DNA of 46,647 bases from the NCBI GenBank assembly GCA_965369655.1, contig CBDUQR010000022.1:1-46647 (forward strand). Direction: 5' to 3'. A program made the translations under genes and the position numbers. The notes beneath the pieces are model-generated. The model was not told where the DNA came from. It worked only from the letters and a program-made list of their open reading frames with translations, and made no database searches. The DNA is from an uncultured bacterium. GTDB taxonomy: Bacteria; Zixibacteria; MSB-5A5; JAABVY01; JAHJOQ01. This document shows, one piece after another, positions 16,245-26,999 of this stretch (the first letter of the stretch is position 1; the number at the start of each line of letters is the position of its first letter).

Positions 16245-17219
16245 CTACTTACTCCACGCTGGAAATGCATCGGAGCCGGGTCCCGAGATCAGTTTTGCGC
16301 CTGTGCCGTCGAAGTTGACAGTGTAAATCGCGCCATTAAGCGTACCGAAAGCGAGCTTTTTTGAATTTGGCGACCATGCCGGTGGCGATCCCGCCAGTGT
16401 CTCTCCGAGACTCGGTTTATGTATCAGCTTTTTACCGGTTAGATCGGGCTTGATGGTATAGAGTCCCGGATTCGACAAATCCGACGACACGTACGATATC
16501 CAGTTGCCGTCAGGAGACCATGAGGGCGCGCTGCCGCCAGAGAGCTTCCGCGCGCGTTCTATGAGCTGCGCTGCGGATTCGGTTATCTCCGAGGAGCTTG
16601 TTACGACGATTCCAATCGGAGACACGCTCTTGCCATCAAACGACGCGAGCATAAACGCCACCCGCTTGCCATCGGGCGAAAGGCTGGGCGACATCGCAAA
16701 CAAAGTGTTTTCGCCTCTCGGGAGCTTCAGGCTCGATATGACTCTTGTAGCTTTGTCGTAGAACCCGATTCTGTATTCCGGCCAGACTGCGTTGGCAGTC
16801 ACCGCGTTTACGTCATAGGTGAACACGATCTTTGAACCATCGACGGACCAGTCGGGCGATTGCGCTCCGAGAGTCTCGGTGAACCCTTCCCAGAAGTTGT
16901 TGGTCGAGTCGAGAAAAGCAAAAAAGAGATCATAGACATTGTGTTGTCCGCCGCCGCCATCAGGATACTTGAGCGAAAGGTTGCCGGTGCGCGCAAAAGC
17001 AAGCATCTTTCCGTCCGGGCTCCAGGATATTTTACCCTTGGCGTTCTGAATTCCTCCCACTAACGGGTGTTGATTGCTGCCATCGGTGCTCATCAGCCAG
17101 ATATCGCCGTTCCGAATGAACGCGATTTTGCCGTCGCCGGCAACCTGGCCGAGCGCGCTGGATGCGATCACCATAAGGCTAATAAACAGAATACAGGTCT
17201 TCACGTGCGAGATGGACAT
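16245..17219 (-). CDS. Secreted TolB-like (PD40) beta-propeller protein
   Basis: Signal peptide; repeated WSPDG/WSVDG/LSPDG/WSPNS motifs; GAGG RBS before ATG 17219. Confidence 0.85.
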   Translation of the reverse strand: MSISHVKTCILFISLMVIASSALGQVAGDGKIAFIRNGDIWLMSTDGSNQHPLVGGIQNAKGKISWSPDGKMLAFARTGNLSLKYPDGGGGQHNVYDLFFAFLDSTNNFWEGFTETLGAQSPDWSVDGSKIVFTYDVNAVTANAVWPEYRIGFYDKATRVISSLKLPRGENTLFAMSPSLSPDGKRVAFMLASFDGKSVSPIGIVVTSSSEITESAAQLIERARKLSGGSAPSWSPDGNWISYVSSDLSNPGLYTIKPDLTGKKLIHKPSLGETLAGSPPAWSPNSKKLAFGTLNGAIYTVNFDGTGAKLISGPGSDAFPAWSK

Positions 17220-17348
17220 GTTATTTCCTCTTGTGAATTCGGTTTGCTGTCCAGATTCTTCCTGTTCTACACAAACGCGCTCTCGCGGTTGCACAAATCA
17301 TCAAGCAGGACTATACAAAATGCCGGGCCAGGTGTCAAATCGTTTGGA

Positions 17349-18224
17349 TCAGAATGTGAAATATCGTCTGATCGTGAGTGTCGCTCTCGGTCCCGAGAAA
17401 TCGAACTGTACCGGATCGCCTGTCTCTGAATCGACCAGGTAGAGCTCAGACGTGGCTGACAGTCTTTTGTCAAACTTGTCGAATTTGAGCCAGAGATACC
17501 TGGCGTCGAACGCAAGCGTGAAACCGTACGGGACAGGATATTCAAAACCTGCTGAAAGATGGAATCCAGGGCCGGAGCCTTTCAGAGCGCCCTCGAGTTG
17601 AAATTTCTCTTTTGTCTCCTTGTCGGTTAGACTGAATCCCTCCCACAAGTTCCAATATCCAGCGTAGTATCCGAGACCACCACCTGCTCTGATAGACATT
17701 CCTTTGGATTTTATAAACGGCTCAGGAGCGTTCAGCAGGAAATACTGGTAGTCAAGATAGACGCCCCGGACATTGATCTGGCTGCGCAATTCGAGATCGT
17801 GATTATACTCCGACAATCCAACTCCGAGATCATTGTAGGTTATGAAATCGCCCCGGTTGTTTGATCCGACTGTCAACCAATAGTCGAAGCCAAACGTCAG
17901 CATTCCCCGCTTGACTACAAGGCCAAATCCACCATTGAAGCTCGTAATTCGATAGATTCCCGACAGTGCGGTTGTCCCTGACGAACTCGAGTATTTGACG
18001 TGGCGATTTGTCTCGATGGCGAATCGATTGTAACCATCAGGATTGACCTTACCGTATGAAATGCCAAAAAACGGTATGATCTGCAGCTTCGGTTTTTTCG
18101 ATTCCGCATTGGCTAACCACTCGTCGACCATTTCCTGTTCGGTCTCCGCTCTCAGTGTGAAGGGCAACAGCAGCATCGTGACGAGCAGGATTCCGAATAT
18201 CACTAGACGTTCTTTGCCGGTCAT
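17349..18224 (-). CDS. Probable outer-membrane beta-barrel protein
   Basis: Signal peptide, alternating Gly/aromatic strands, C-terminal YFTF beta-signal, GGAGGTG RBS. Confidence 0.7.
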   Translation of the reverse strand: MTGKERLVIFGILLVTMLLLPFTLRAETEQEMVDEWLANAESKKPKLQIIPFFGISYGKVNPDGYNRFAIETNRHVKYSSSSGTTALSGIYRITSFNGGFGLVVKRGMLTFGFDYWLTVGSNNRGDFITYNDLGVGLSEYNHDLELRSQINVRGVYLDYQYFLLNAPEPFIKSKGMSIRAGGGLGYYAGYWNLWEGFSLTDKETKEKFQLEGALKGSGPGFHLSAGFEYPVPYGFTLAFDARYLWLKFDKFDKRLSATSELYLVDSETGDPVQFDFSGPRATLTIRRYFTF

Positions 18225-18322
18225 CTCACCTCCCAATTGAATAATAGAATCGCTATTCAAGTTATCGGACGATCTGCTTTGAGGTTAAGCGTTCGCGGCT
18301 GGCGGCAGGTATGTTTCTGATC

Positions 18323-18361
18323 GAAACAAAAACAAGAGCCGCCTGAGTGGCGACTCTTGTT
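18323..18361 (-). terminator. Intrinsic terminator after nifJ
   Basis: Minus strand AACAAGAGTCGCC-ACTCA-GGCGGCTCTTGTT followed by TTTGTTT. Confidence 0.75.
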
Positions 18362-18386
18362 GATTCGTTGATTGATGAAATCGAGT

Positions 18387-21300
18387 TTAGTCTGCAGGGG
18401 TCTCGACGTAGTCCATCTCGGCCATATGCTTGTACATCTTGAATCTCATGTTGACGTCCTCCTGAGCCATCTTCAGGAGATATGCGGCGCGTTCAGGATC
18501 GATTTTACGAAGAGACGTGAACCTGGTTTCGGCGTAAGCGTATTCTTCGTACGGAATCGTCGGCACCTTGCTGTCGAGCAGGAACGGACGTTTGCCCTGC
18601 TTGATCAAGTCGGGATTAAATCTGAACAGGATCCAGTGCCCCGACTTGACAGCACGTTTCTGTGCATCAGTGCCTTTCGTCATGTCGATCCCATGCGCGA
18701 TGCAGTGTGAGTACGCGATGATGATCGACGGACCATCGTACGCCTCGGCTTCGACAATTGCCTTCACAGCCTGCGTCGGATGCGACCCTATGGCGATTCG
18801 CGCGACGTAGACATTGCCATACGACGCCATCAGCATTCCGAGGTCTTTCTTCGGCAGCGGTTTGCCTGCGGCTGCAAACTGAGCTATTGCGCCGAGAGGA
18901 GTCGCCTTCGACATCTGGCCGCCGGTGTTGGAATAGACCTCCGTATCGAGCACGAGGATGTTGACATTCTTACCGGACGCCATCACATGATCGAGACCGC
19001 CGTAGCCTATGTCGTATGCCCAGCCATCGCCGCCGAACGCCCAGACCGATTTCTTGACCAGGTAGTCGGCAATCGGCAGCAGTCGCTGCGACTTCGCATC
19101 TGACCTGGTCTTGAGCGCATCCTTGAGCTTTTCTACCTCGAGTCGCAGAGCTTCAATTCCGAGTTGTGTCGACTGGTCGGCGTTGATAATCTCGTTGGCC
19201 TTGTCTGGGAACAGTTCTCTGAGCAGCTCGGAGGCGAACTCAGAGAGCTTGTCGACGGTCAATCTCATTCCGAATGCGAACTCGGCATTGTCCTCGAAGA
19301 GCGAGTTGGACCAGGTCGGCCCGCGTCCGTCATCACGCACACAGTACGGAGTTGTCGGAAGATTGCCGCCGTAGATCGACGAACATCCCGTGGCATTTCC
19401 AACCATCAGCCTGTCGCCGAAGAGCTGGGTCAGAAGCTTGACATATGGCGTCTCACCGCATCCTGCGCATGCGCCGGAGTACTCGAAAAGCGGCCTGATG
19501 AATTGGCTGCCCTTGATCGTTGCCGGATTGAACAGCGAGAGATCGGTCTCGGGAATTTTCAGGAAGAAGTTGTAGTTCTCTCGTTCCGGTTCGCGCAACG
19601 GAGCTTGCGATTCCATCCGCAGTGCCTTCTCCTCGGTGCGATTACCCTGCTCATCTTTCACATGTGCCGGACAGAAATGAACGCACAAATTGCATCCGGT
19701 GCAGTCTTCAGGGGCGACCTGTATCGTGTACTTAAGACCATCGAATCCCTTTCCGCGAGCATCAGCAGACTTGAATGTCGATGGGGCGCCATCAATATGC
19801 TCAGGCTTGTAAGCCTTCATCCTGATCGCAGCATGGGGGCAGATCAGCACACACTGGCCACACTGCGTGCAGGTCTCTTTATCCCAGACAGGGATATCGA
19901 CTGCGATATTTCTTTTCTCATACTGCGTGGTTGCCAGCGGGAACGTGCCATCGTCGGGCATCCACGAAACAGGAATCTCATCGCCTCTGTTCTGGATCAT
20001 TTTCTTGACGACCGTCCTGACATACTCAGGAGCATCATCCGGGACGACAGGAGGCATGTGTACCGTGCTGGTCGGTTTTTCGGGAATCTCGACCTGCTCG
20101 ATATGTTCGAGCGCGGCGTCGACTGCGTCGAAGTTCATCTTGACCACATTCTCGCCCTTACGGCCGTAAGTCTTCCTGATGGCGTCCTTGATCGCATCCA
20201 CAGCCTTGTCCTTCGGGAGAATGCCCGAGATGACAAAAAACGCGGTCTGCATAATCATATTTATCCGAGCGCCCAATCCAAGCTTCTTTGCCAGGCCGAT
20301 TCCGTCGATGACATAGAACTTGACCTTCTTGTTTATGATTGACTCCTGCACTTCTACCGGCAGAGTGTCCCAGACCTTATCTTTGTTGTGTGGGCTCGCC
20401 AGAAGGAACGTACCGCCCTCGACGATATTGTAGAGCATGTCGAACTTCTCAAGGAATGTGATGTTGTGACACGCTACGAAATTCGCTCGGTCGATCAGAT
20501 ACGGGCTGCGGATAGGATACTTTCCGAATCTGACATGCGAGATCGTCACCGCTCCGGCTTTCTTGGAGTCGTATACGAAGTAACCCTGTGCATAATTGTC
20601 CGTGTTATCGCCGATGATCTTGATCGAGTTCTTGTTCGCGCCGACTGTGCCGTCCGCGCCGAGGCCGTAAAACATGCCCTGAAACACGTCATCACCGGTG
20701 ACCGAGAACGACGGGTCGAATTCGAGGCTCATGTGCGTGACGTCGTCGTTGATGGCAACACTGAAGTGATTCTTCGGCGCGTCTTTCTTCATGTTATCGA
20801 GGACAGACTTGGCATGTGCGGAGTTGAACTCTTTGGATCCGAGACCGTATCTGCCGCCATAGATTTCCGGCATCTTGTCGAACGGCGCCTTACCTGCAGA
20901 CATTGCCTCACTCAGAGCTGTGTAAATATCCGTGTAAAGAGGCTCGCCGACAGCGCCCGGCTCTTTTGTCCTGTCGAGCACGGTGATTCGCTTGACTGTC
21001 GCGGGAAGAGCCGATGCAAAGGCTTCGACAGAAAACGGCCTGTAGAGCCTGACCTTGATCATACCGACAGATTCGCCTTTTCCAACGAGATAGTCGACCA
21101 GTTCGTGGACAGTTTCCGCGCCTGATCCCATGATAACGACGACATGCTCTGCATCCGGTGCGCCGAAGTAATCGAAGAGCTTGTACTGTCTGCCGACGAT
21201 CTTGCCGAACTTGTCCATATACTTCTGGACAATGTCGGGAGTTGCGGAGTAATACCTGTTTATGGTCTCGCGCGCTTGGAAGAAAACGTCGGGATTTTGC

Positions 21301-22025
21301 GACGATCCCTTGAGCGTCGGCCTGTCCGGAGAGAGCGCCCTCGCGCGGTGGGCTGTGATGAGGTTATCAGGAATCATCTCACGCATGTCGTCGAACGTAA
21401 TTTCCTCGACTTTCTGCAATTCGGATGAAGTCCTGAACCCATCGAAGAAATGCACGAACGGCACCCGGCTATCGAGAGCGGCGGCCTGTGCAATCAGCGC
21501 CATGTCAGAGACTTCCTGCACCGAGCCGGAAGCGATAAGTCCAAATCCGGTGCTCCTGACAGCCATAACGTCGGAATGATCGCCGAAGATCGAGAGCGCA
21601 TGCGAAGCGACTGCTCGTGCTGAGACATGGAATACTGTCGGCGTCAATTCACCAGCTATCTTGAACATGTTCGGAATCATCAGCAGCAGTCCCTGCGACG
21701 CTGTGAACGTGCTCGTGAGCGCGCCCGTCGTCAGCGCGCCGTGGACTGCGCCCGATGCTCCGCCTTCCGACTGCAATTCTGAGATCACAGGGATCGTGCC
21801 CCAGATGTTCTTTTCCCCTGCAGCCGATTTGGCGTCCGCGATCTCGCCCATCGATGACGACGGTGTGATCGGATAGATCGCGCAGACTTCATTGGTAGCG
21901 TGGGCGACATAGGACGCAGCCATATTGCCGTCGATGCTGATCATTCTGCGCTTCTTTTCTTTATCCGGCGAGGACTTTTTTTCCTCAGCCTTGGTTCGCT
22001 TCAAAGAAGCAGTTTCCTGTGCCAT
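18387..22025 (-). CDS. nifJ: Pyruvate:ferredoxin/flavodoxin oxidoreductase (single-chain)
   Basis: YPITPS, GRYGLGSK, GADGTVGANK, two 4Fe-4S motifs (CTQCGQC..CP, CTGCNLC..CP), GACAGCGE, GGDGWAYDIG. Confidence 0.98.
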   Translation of the reverse strand: MAQETASLKRTKAEEKKSSPDKEKKRRMISIDGNMAASYVAHATNEVCAIYPITPSSSMGEIADAKSAAGEKNIWGTIPVISELQSEGGASGAVHGALTTGALTSTFTASQGLLLMIPNMFKIAGELTPTVFHVSARAVASHALSIFGDHSDVMAVRSTGFGLIASGSVQEVSDMALIAQAAALDSRVPFVHFFDGFRTSSELQKVEEITFDDMREMIPDNLITAHRARALSPDRPTLKGSSQNPDVFFQARETINRYYSATPDIVQKYMDKFGKIVGRQYKLFDYFGAPDAEHVVVIMGSGAETVHELVDYLVGKGESVGMIKVRLYRPFSVEAFASALPATVKRITVLDRTKEPGAVGEPLYTDIYTALSEAMSAGKAPFDKMPEIYGGRYGLGSKEFNSAHAKSVLDNMKKDAPKNHFSVAINDDVTHMSLEFDPSFSVTGDDVFQGMFYGLGADGTVGANKNSIKIIGDNTDNYAQGYFVYDSKKAGAVTISHVRFGKYPIRSPYLIDRANFVACHNITFLEKFDMLYNIVEGGTFLLASPHNKDKVWDTLPVEVQESIINKKVKFYVIDGIGLAKKLGLGARINMIMQTAFFVISGILPKDKAVDAIKDAIRKTYGRKGENVVKMNFDAVDAALEHIEQVEIPEKPTSTVHMPPVVPDDAPEYVRTVVKKMIQNRGDEIPVSWMPDDGTFPLATTQYEKRNIAVDIPVWDKETCTQCGQCVLICPHAAIRMKAYKPEHIDGAPSTFKSADARGKGFDGLKYTIQVAPEDCTGCNLCVHFCPAHVKDEQGNRTEEKALRMESQAPLREPERENYNFFLKIPETDLSLFNPATIKGSQFIRPLFEYSGACAGCGETPYVKLLTQLFGDRLMVGNATGCSSIYGGNLPTTPYCVRDDGRGPTWSNSLFEDNAEFAFGMRLTVDKLSEFASELLRELFPDKANEIINADQSTQLGIEALRLEVEKLKDALKTRSDAKSQRLLPIADYLVKKSVWAFGGDGWAYDIGYGGLDHVMASGKNVNILVLDTEVYSNTGGQMSKATPLGAIAQFAAAGKPLPKKDLGMLMASYGNVYVARIAIGSHPTQAVKAIVEAEAYDGPSIIIAYSHCIAHGIDMTKGTDAQKRAVKSGHWILFRFNPDLIKQGKRPFLLDSKVPTIPYEEYAYAETRFTSLRKIDPERAAYLLKMAQEDVNMRFKMYKHMAEMDYVETPAD

Positions 22026-22142
22026 GATGTATCTCCTTACTCGAATAAATGCACACGATTGCTTGAAATGTATTCTATTCTAATTTCGGAATCAAGCCTG
22101 TTCTCACGACTCCCTCCGGAAATCGAGAGAGCTAAAGCATTA

Positions 22143-22697
22143 CTATATTTTCGGCAGCGTTATGTCGGTCTGTGCCTGGTATTTTCCTTTCTTATCCTTG
22201 TACGACATTTCGCATTGTTCGTCCGCCTGAAGGAATATCAACTGAGCAATTCCTTCGTTCGCATATATCTTCGCCGGAAGCGGAGTCGTGTTCGACACCT
22301 CGAGCGTTGCGAACCCCTCCCATTCCGGCTCAAACGGGGTCACGTTTACGATGATGCCGCAGCGAGCATACGTCGACTTGCCGAGGCATATGGTGAGTAT
22401 ATCTCGAGGTATCCTGAAATACTCCACAGTCCTTGCCAGCGCAAAGGAATTCGGCGGTATCAGGATCGAGTCCGCCTTGACGTCTGCAAACAGTGTGTCC
22501 GAGAAATTTTTCGGATCGATAATGTCCGAATTGATGTTCGTGAATATCTTGAATTCATCCGCTATCCGCATGTCGTAGCCATAAGATGACACGCCAAATG
22601 ATATTATATTCTCTCTTACTCGCGCTTCGGAAAACGGTTCTATCATCCGATGTTCCTCGGCCATTTTTGTGATCCAGCGGTCCGACTTAATTGGCAT
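22143..22697 (-). CDS. dcd: dCTP deaminase
   Basis: [37 protein letters not shown]. Confidence 0.97.
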   Translation of the reverse strand: MPIKSDRWITKMAEEHRMIEPFSEARVRENIISFGVSSYGYDMRIADEFKIFTNINSDIIDPKNFSDTLFADVKADSILIPPNSFALARTVEYFRIPRDILTICLGKSTYARCGIIVNVTPFEPEWEGFATLEVSNTTPLPAKIYANEGIAQLIFLQADEQCEMSYKDKKGKYQAQTDITLPKI

Positions 22698-22765
22698 TAT
22701 TACTCCTCAACTGCAGTTACCCATTCCAACTAAACTTGTTACGTGGCCTGCCGAACTCTGGCTGG

Positions 22766-23185
22766 TTATGAAGGCAGTTCTTTTTCCCAGGCGACGAGAT
22801 CCGCAATAGTATGCCCTTCGAAGACTTCGAGTATTCTCTCCTGGGTGATCTTCAGGAGCATTCTGACCGAGCAGTTGTTGGACTTCTTACAAGTTTCCTC
22901 ATCCTCAAGGCATTTCGCGATGAAGTACGGCCCCTGAATTGATTCGAGGACTTCAATGACTGTCAGCTTGTCAGCCGCCTTGTTGAGAGAAAAACCGCCC
23001 TTGACGCCTCTGTGCGACTTGATCAAACCTGACTTCGACAGATTCTGAAATATCTTGGCGAGGAACTTCTCCGGAACCTGCTGCTGCTCAGATATTTCTG
23101 ACAAGGGCGTGACCTTACCGTACGGCTGGCCTGCAAGGTAGATGATGCCGTGCAGCCCGTAACTTTCTGCCTTGGTGAACTGCAT
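22766..23185 (-). CDS. Rrf2-family transcriptional regulator with three Cys (probable Fe-S sensor)
   Basis: FLAKIFQNL..GLIKSHRGVKGGF wHTH; C-x6-C-x5-C motif. Confidence 0.93.
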   Translation of the reverse strand: MQFTKAESYGLHGIIYLAGQPYGKVTPLSEISEQQQVPEKFLAKIFQNLSKSGLIKSHRGVKGGFSLNKAADKLTVIEVLESIQGPYFIAKCLEDEETCKKSNNCSVRMLLKITQERILEVFEGHTIADLVAWEKELPS

Positions 23186-23313
23186 AAACGACCTCGACTC
23201 TGAAGCTGCTTACGCTTGTTGCGTCACAGTGCTCACAAGCGCTCGCATGGACCTGTCTTTATGCACTTACCGCTTGCGCGGCAGGCACATCCTTCCGACA
23301 TTTATCAGCAGGG

Positions 23314-23341
23314 AAGATAGACAGGCATGTGCCTATGTCAA
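23314..23341 (-). promoter_or_regulatory. Promoter of the Rrf2 gene with overlapping dyad (candidate auto-operator)
   Basis: Minus strand TTGACA-16 nt-TATCTT. Dyad ATAGACA-N6-TGCCTAT (23317-23336, one mismatch) covers the spacer. Confidence 0.55.
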
Positions 23342-23489
23342 GTGAAAAGTCGTTACTGATTTCACAAACTGGTCTCGACTATGCTGGATTCATGCGGATT
23401 ATCGTAACGCCGGTCTCGGAAGATGGCATGAATCAATAATATCAGAAATATCTTTCGTCTATAGCATGAATGACCAATATTAGCAAGGC

Positions 23490-26231
23490 ATGAGCCGAAA
23501 AAAACGCTGCATAAGACAACTGAAGAGGACGCTTGGTCCCGGCAATGTTCTCACCAACTGGTCCGCACTGCACGCATACAGTTCGGATGCGTCGCCGTAT
23601 GCCATCACGCCGACCGCTGTCGCGCTGATAAAGAATTCAGAACACGCTGAACTGGCTGCGCAGATATGCAGGTCCTGCGGCGTGCCGATTCACCCTCGCG
23701 GCGGCGGATCGGGACTTGCGGGTGGCGCGCTTGGCGCTGGAATCATCTTCGATTTCACCGGCATGAACCGCATCAGCAGGATAGACGTAGCTGGCATGAC
23801 GGCAGACGTCGAGGCGGGTCTGTTGCTCGACGAGTTGAACGAGAGGCTCGCGCCGATGGGACTCATGTTTGCGCCTGACCCATCATCCGGGGATACGTGC
23901 AGGATCGGAGGCATGCTTGCCAACAACGCTTCCGGGCCACGATCGGTCAAGTATGGTTTGACTTCCGACAATGTCGAGATGCTTGACATCCTGCTGCCGG
24001 ATGGAAACCAGTTTCGGATCGAGGACGTCAAGGTTGGCAGCGAAGCCTGCAAGCAGCTTTTTTCGAGCTATAGACCGTTCGAGGTCATCTATCGCATCAT
24101 CACCGCCAACGCCGATTTGATCGAGTCCAGATTCCCGAGGCTCTGCAAGAACTCATCCGGTTACAATCTGCTGGCTGTTGCAGACAAGTTGAAGGAGGGG
24201 ATATTCTCGCTCTCGAGGCTCTTTATCGGTTCCGAAGGAACGCTCGGGATGTTTCTCGGCGCGAGGCTCAAATTGACGAAGAAGCCGACAGCAAAAGTGA
24301 CGCTTCAGATTTTCTTCGACTCGATCGACGAAGCGGGCGAGGCTGTCATCGAGTTGCTGACGACCTGTCCGGCGGCTCTGGAAATCATTGATGGTTCCAC
24401 GATGGACTTGATCGGGAGAAGCAGGTTCGATATCCCTGGGTCCGCCGAGGCGATGCTGATTGTGGCATACGATGAACCTTCGTTCGATGAGAAGATAGAG
24501 ACTGCTCGCGGCATGACGTCGTCATTCAAGCTATCGAGTGACATTTTCGTCGAGGCTGATCAGCAGAGACAGTGCGAGCTCTGGAAAGCCCGCAAGTCGA
24601 TTGTCCCGACGCTCTACAAGCGCGAAGGCCGCGCGAAGCCGTTCGGATTCATCGAGGATATCGAAGTCCCGGTAGAACGGGTTGCTCAGATTGTGCGATT
24701 CGTTGATCGGCTCTTCAAAGACGAAGGGCTGACTGCCGGCATCTACGGTCACATCGGCGATGGCAACATGCATCTCAGGCCTGTCATCGACATGTCGACA
24801 TCCGCAGGTCTGAAGCTCGTGCGCAGGCTCTACGATCAAGTCTACGGGGAAGTAATTTCGCTCGGCGGATCGACGACCGCTGAACATGGCGATGGCAGGC
24901 TCAGGGCGCCGATGGTCAGGAGAATGTACGGCGCTGAACTCTACCACCTGTTCGAGAAAATACGCCAGGAACTCAACCCTGAGCAGTCAATCAACCCCAA
25001 TATAGTGCTCAGCGATATCCCTTTCACTGATGGCTTCGACTTCGAGAAATTAACAAGGCAGTGCGCATCGTGCGGCAAATGCAACAGCTACTGCCCTGCG
25101 TTTGATGTTCACGGAACGGAGGAGATGGCCGCTCGCGGATGGGTGAGAATCATGCTGACGTCGGAGTACACCAACAGACGGACTCGGCATTTGATGGACG
25201 AATGTCTGAACTGCAAGAACTGCCTCATGATCTGCCCTGCCGGCGTCGATGTCTCGCGCTATGTCACGGAGCGACGTTCCGAGCACAAGGGTCTATTGGC
25301 TAAGAATATCTTCAAACTACAGTCTCGACAGGATGATTTCGACAAGTGGGTGAAAAGAATCGGCAAAGTCAATGCTCTGATCGACACCCCTCTTCTCAGA
25401 CCTGCTGTTCACTACCTGAGCGCACCCTTCGTTCAGATTGACAAACGCCGAATTCTGCCCCGGTTCTCGCATGAGACTCTCCCTGAGCGGTATCCCGATC
25501 TTGTCGGACGGGACGAAGCCGACGTCGCGTATTACTATGGATGCGCGGACAAGTTGCTCGATCTCGGCTCCGGCCCGGCAGCCATACGGGTTCTGAAAAA
25601 AGCAGGATTCTCGATATCTCTGCCAGAGCAGTACTGCTGCGGCATGCCCCAGCAGACATACGGATTCTTCGAGTATGAGCTTGAATACGCGAGGAAAAAC
25701 ATCGATAGCCTAATCAGATTCGATTACATCGTCACTACGTGTGCGACATGCCTTAGCGAGTTGTTGCATTATCGTGACCTGTTCGACGATGATCCTGAAT
25801 ACAGATCGCGCGCCGAAACGCTTGCAGAACGGTGCTATGATATTGCGGAGTTCTTGTCCAGGCACGCAGACCTGAAGTTTATCGAGAATAAGCAGCGCCT
25901 GCGGGTGGCATTTCATCAGCCATGCCACCTTCGCGAAAGCGGCGATGGACGGGTAGAGTTAACGCACAAGTTGATCGATTCGTTGCCGGGGATCAGTTTC
26001 GTTCCGATGCCAGACGCGGACCGATGCTGTGGCGCGGCTGGAACCTACAACGTGTTTCACTATAAGAACAGCATGAAGATTTTCGAGCGAAAGAAGTCCG
26101 GTTTTGTTCGGTCGGGCGCGGATATTGTAACGTCGAGCTGTCCCACCTGCGTGCTGCAGTTTGCCGACGGCCTCAAGGCCCCGGATCGTGTGAAGCATAT
26201 TGTGGAATTGATCGATGAACTTACCTGTTAG
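23490..26231 (+). CDS. FAD-linked oxidase/Fe-S fusion (GlcD-GlcF or D-lactate dehydrogenase-like)
   Basis: PRGGGSGLAG, PDPSS, GSEGTLG, GHIGDGNMH, EHGDG; CxxCxxCxxxCP twice; two CCG domains. Confidence 0.92.
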   Translation: MSRKKRCIRQLKRTLGPGNVLTNWSALHAYSSDASPYAITPTAVALIKNSEHAELAAQICRSCGVPIHPRGGGSGLAGGALGAGIIFDFTGMNRISRIDVAGMTADVEAGLLLDELNERLAPMGLMFAPDPSSGDTCRIGGMLANNASGPRSVKYGLTSDNVEMLDILLPDGNQFRIEDVKVGSEACKQLFSSYRPFEVIYRIITANADLIESRFPRLCKNSSGYNLLAVADKLKEGIFSLSRLFIGSEGTLGMFLGARLKLTKKPTAKVTLQIFFDSIDEAGEAVIELLTTCPAALEIIDGSTMDLIGRSRFDIPGSAEAMLIVAYDEPSFDEKIETARGMTSSFKLSSDIFVEADQQRQCELWKARKSIVPTLYKREGRAKPFGFIEDIEVPVERVAQIVRFVDRLFKDEGLTAGIYGHIGDGNMHLRPVIDMSTSAGLKLVRRLYDQVYGEVISLGGSTTAEHGDGRLRAPMVRRMYGAELYHLFEKIRQELNPEQSINPNIVLSDIPFTDGFDFEKLTRQCASCGKCNSYCPAFDVHGTEEMAARGWVRIMLTSEYTNRRTRHLMDECLNCKNCLMICPAGVDVSRYVTERRSEHKGLLAKNIFKLQSRQDDFDKWVKRIGKVNALIDTPLLRPAVHYLSAPFVQIDKRRILPRFSHETLPERYPDLVGRDEADVAYYYGCADKLLDLGSGPAAIRVLKKAGFSISLPEQYCCGMPQQTYGFFEYELEYARKNIDSLIRFDYIVTTCATCLSELLHYRDLFDDDPEYRSRAETLAERCYDIAEFLSRHADLKFIENKQRLRVAFHQPCHLRESGDGRVELTHKLIDSLPGISFVPMPDADRCCGAAGTYNVFHYKNSMKIFERKKSGFVRSGADIVTSSCPTCVLQFADGLKAPDRVKHIVELIDELTC

Positions 26232-26269
26232 TGTCGTGTCCCGGATATATGTTCATATATTCTTTTGTA

Positions 26270-26318
26270 GTAGCACAGGCATCCTGCCCGTGAATCATGG
26301 GCAAGATGCCCATGCCAC
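26270..26318. repeat. REP doublet (REPIN-like)
   Basis: GTAGCACAGGCATCCTGCCCGTG (26270-26292) plus an inverted unit whose reverse complement is GTGGCATGGGCATCTTGCCCATG (26296-26318). GTAG/GTGG tetranucleotide plus short palindrome. Confidence 0.75.
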
Positions 26319-26399
26319 GATTTAATATGCCGCTTTTTATTGTGAATGGATTCCTGGGACACGACATTAGATTCACGAAGACTAAATCAGGAGCTTCGG

Positions 26400-26948
26400 A
26401 TGAGCGATGACAAGCAGGAAAACAGAGGACTGGTGATTGTCTATACCGGAAACGGGAAAGGCAAGACGACCGCGGCTCTCGGCATGTGCATACGTGCCGC
26501 GGGACACCGCAAGAAAGTCAAGATCGTCCAGTTCATCAAGGGAAGCTGGCACTACGGTGAGCTCGATGGGATCAAGCTGCTCTCCGATTATGTCGAACTG
26601 GAGCAGCTCGGCAAAGGTTTCGTCGGCATCATTGATGACAAAGAAGACATATCGACACACATTCGGGCGGCGACAGAGGCGCTCGAACGCTCGCGTGATG
26701 ACATGCTTTCCGGCAGGTACGACATACTGATTCTCGACGAACTCAACGTCGCGCTGAACCTGAAACTCGTCAAGCTCGAGGATGTCCTCGATCTGATCGA
26801 CGCCAGACCGGAGCAGCTTCATCTGGTGATTACCGGACGCGACGCGCACGAGCGGGTGATCGAAAAGGCTGATCTCGTTACTGAGATGCGCGAAATCAAG
26901 CATCCGTTTCAGCAGGGTATCCTCGCGCAGCAGGGAGTTGACTTCTGA
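26400..26948 (+). CDS. cobO: Cob(I)yrinic acid a,c-diamide adenosyltransferase (CobA/CobO/BtuR)
   Basis: YTGNGKGKTTAA, QFIKG, ILDEL, ITGR, ADLVTEM..KHPF. AGGAG RBS. Confidence 0.95.
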   Translation: MSDDKQENRGLVIVYTGNGKGKTTAALGMCIRAAGHRKKVKIVQFIKGSWHYGELDGIKLLSDYVELEQLGKGFVGIIDDKEDISTHIRAATEALERSRDDMLSGRYDILILDELNVALNLKLVKLEDVLDLIDARPEQLHLVITGRDAHERVIEKADLVTEMREIKHPFQQGILAQQGVDF

Positions 26949-26999
26949 ACACGTTCGTCGTTTATTGAAACCCACGCAAATTGAATAGGGAGACTGACA

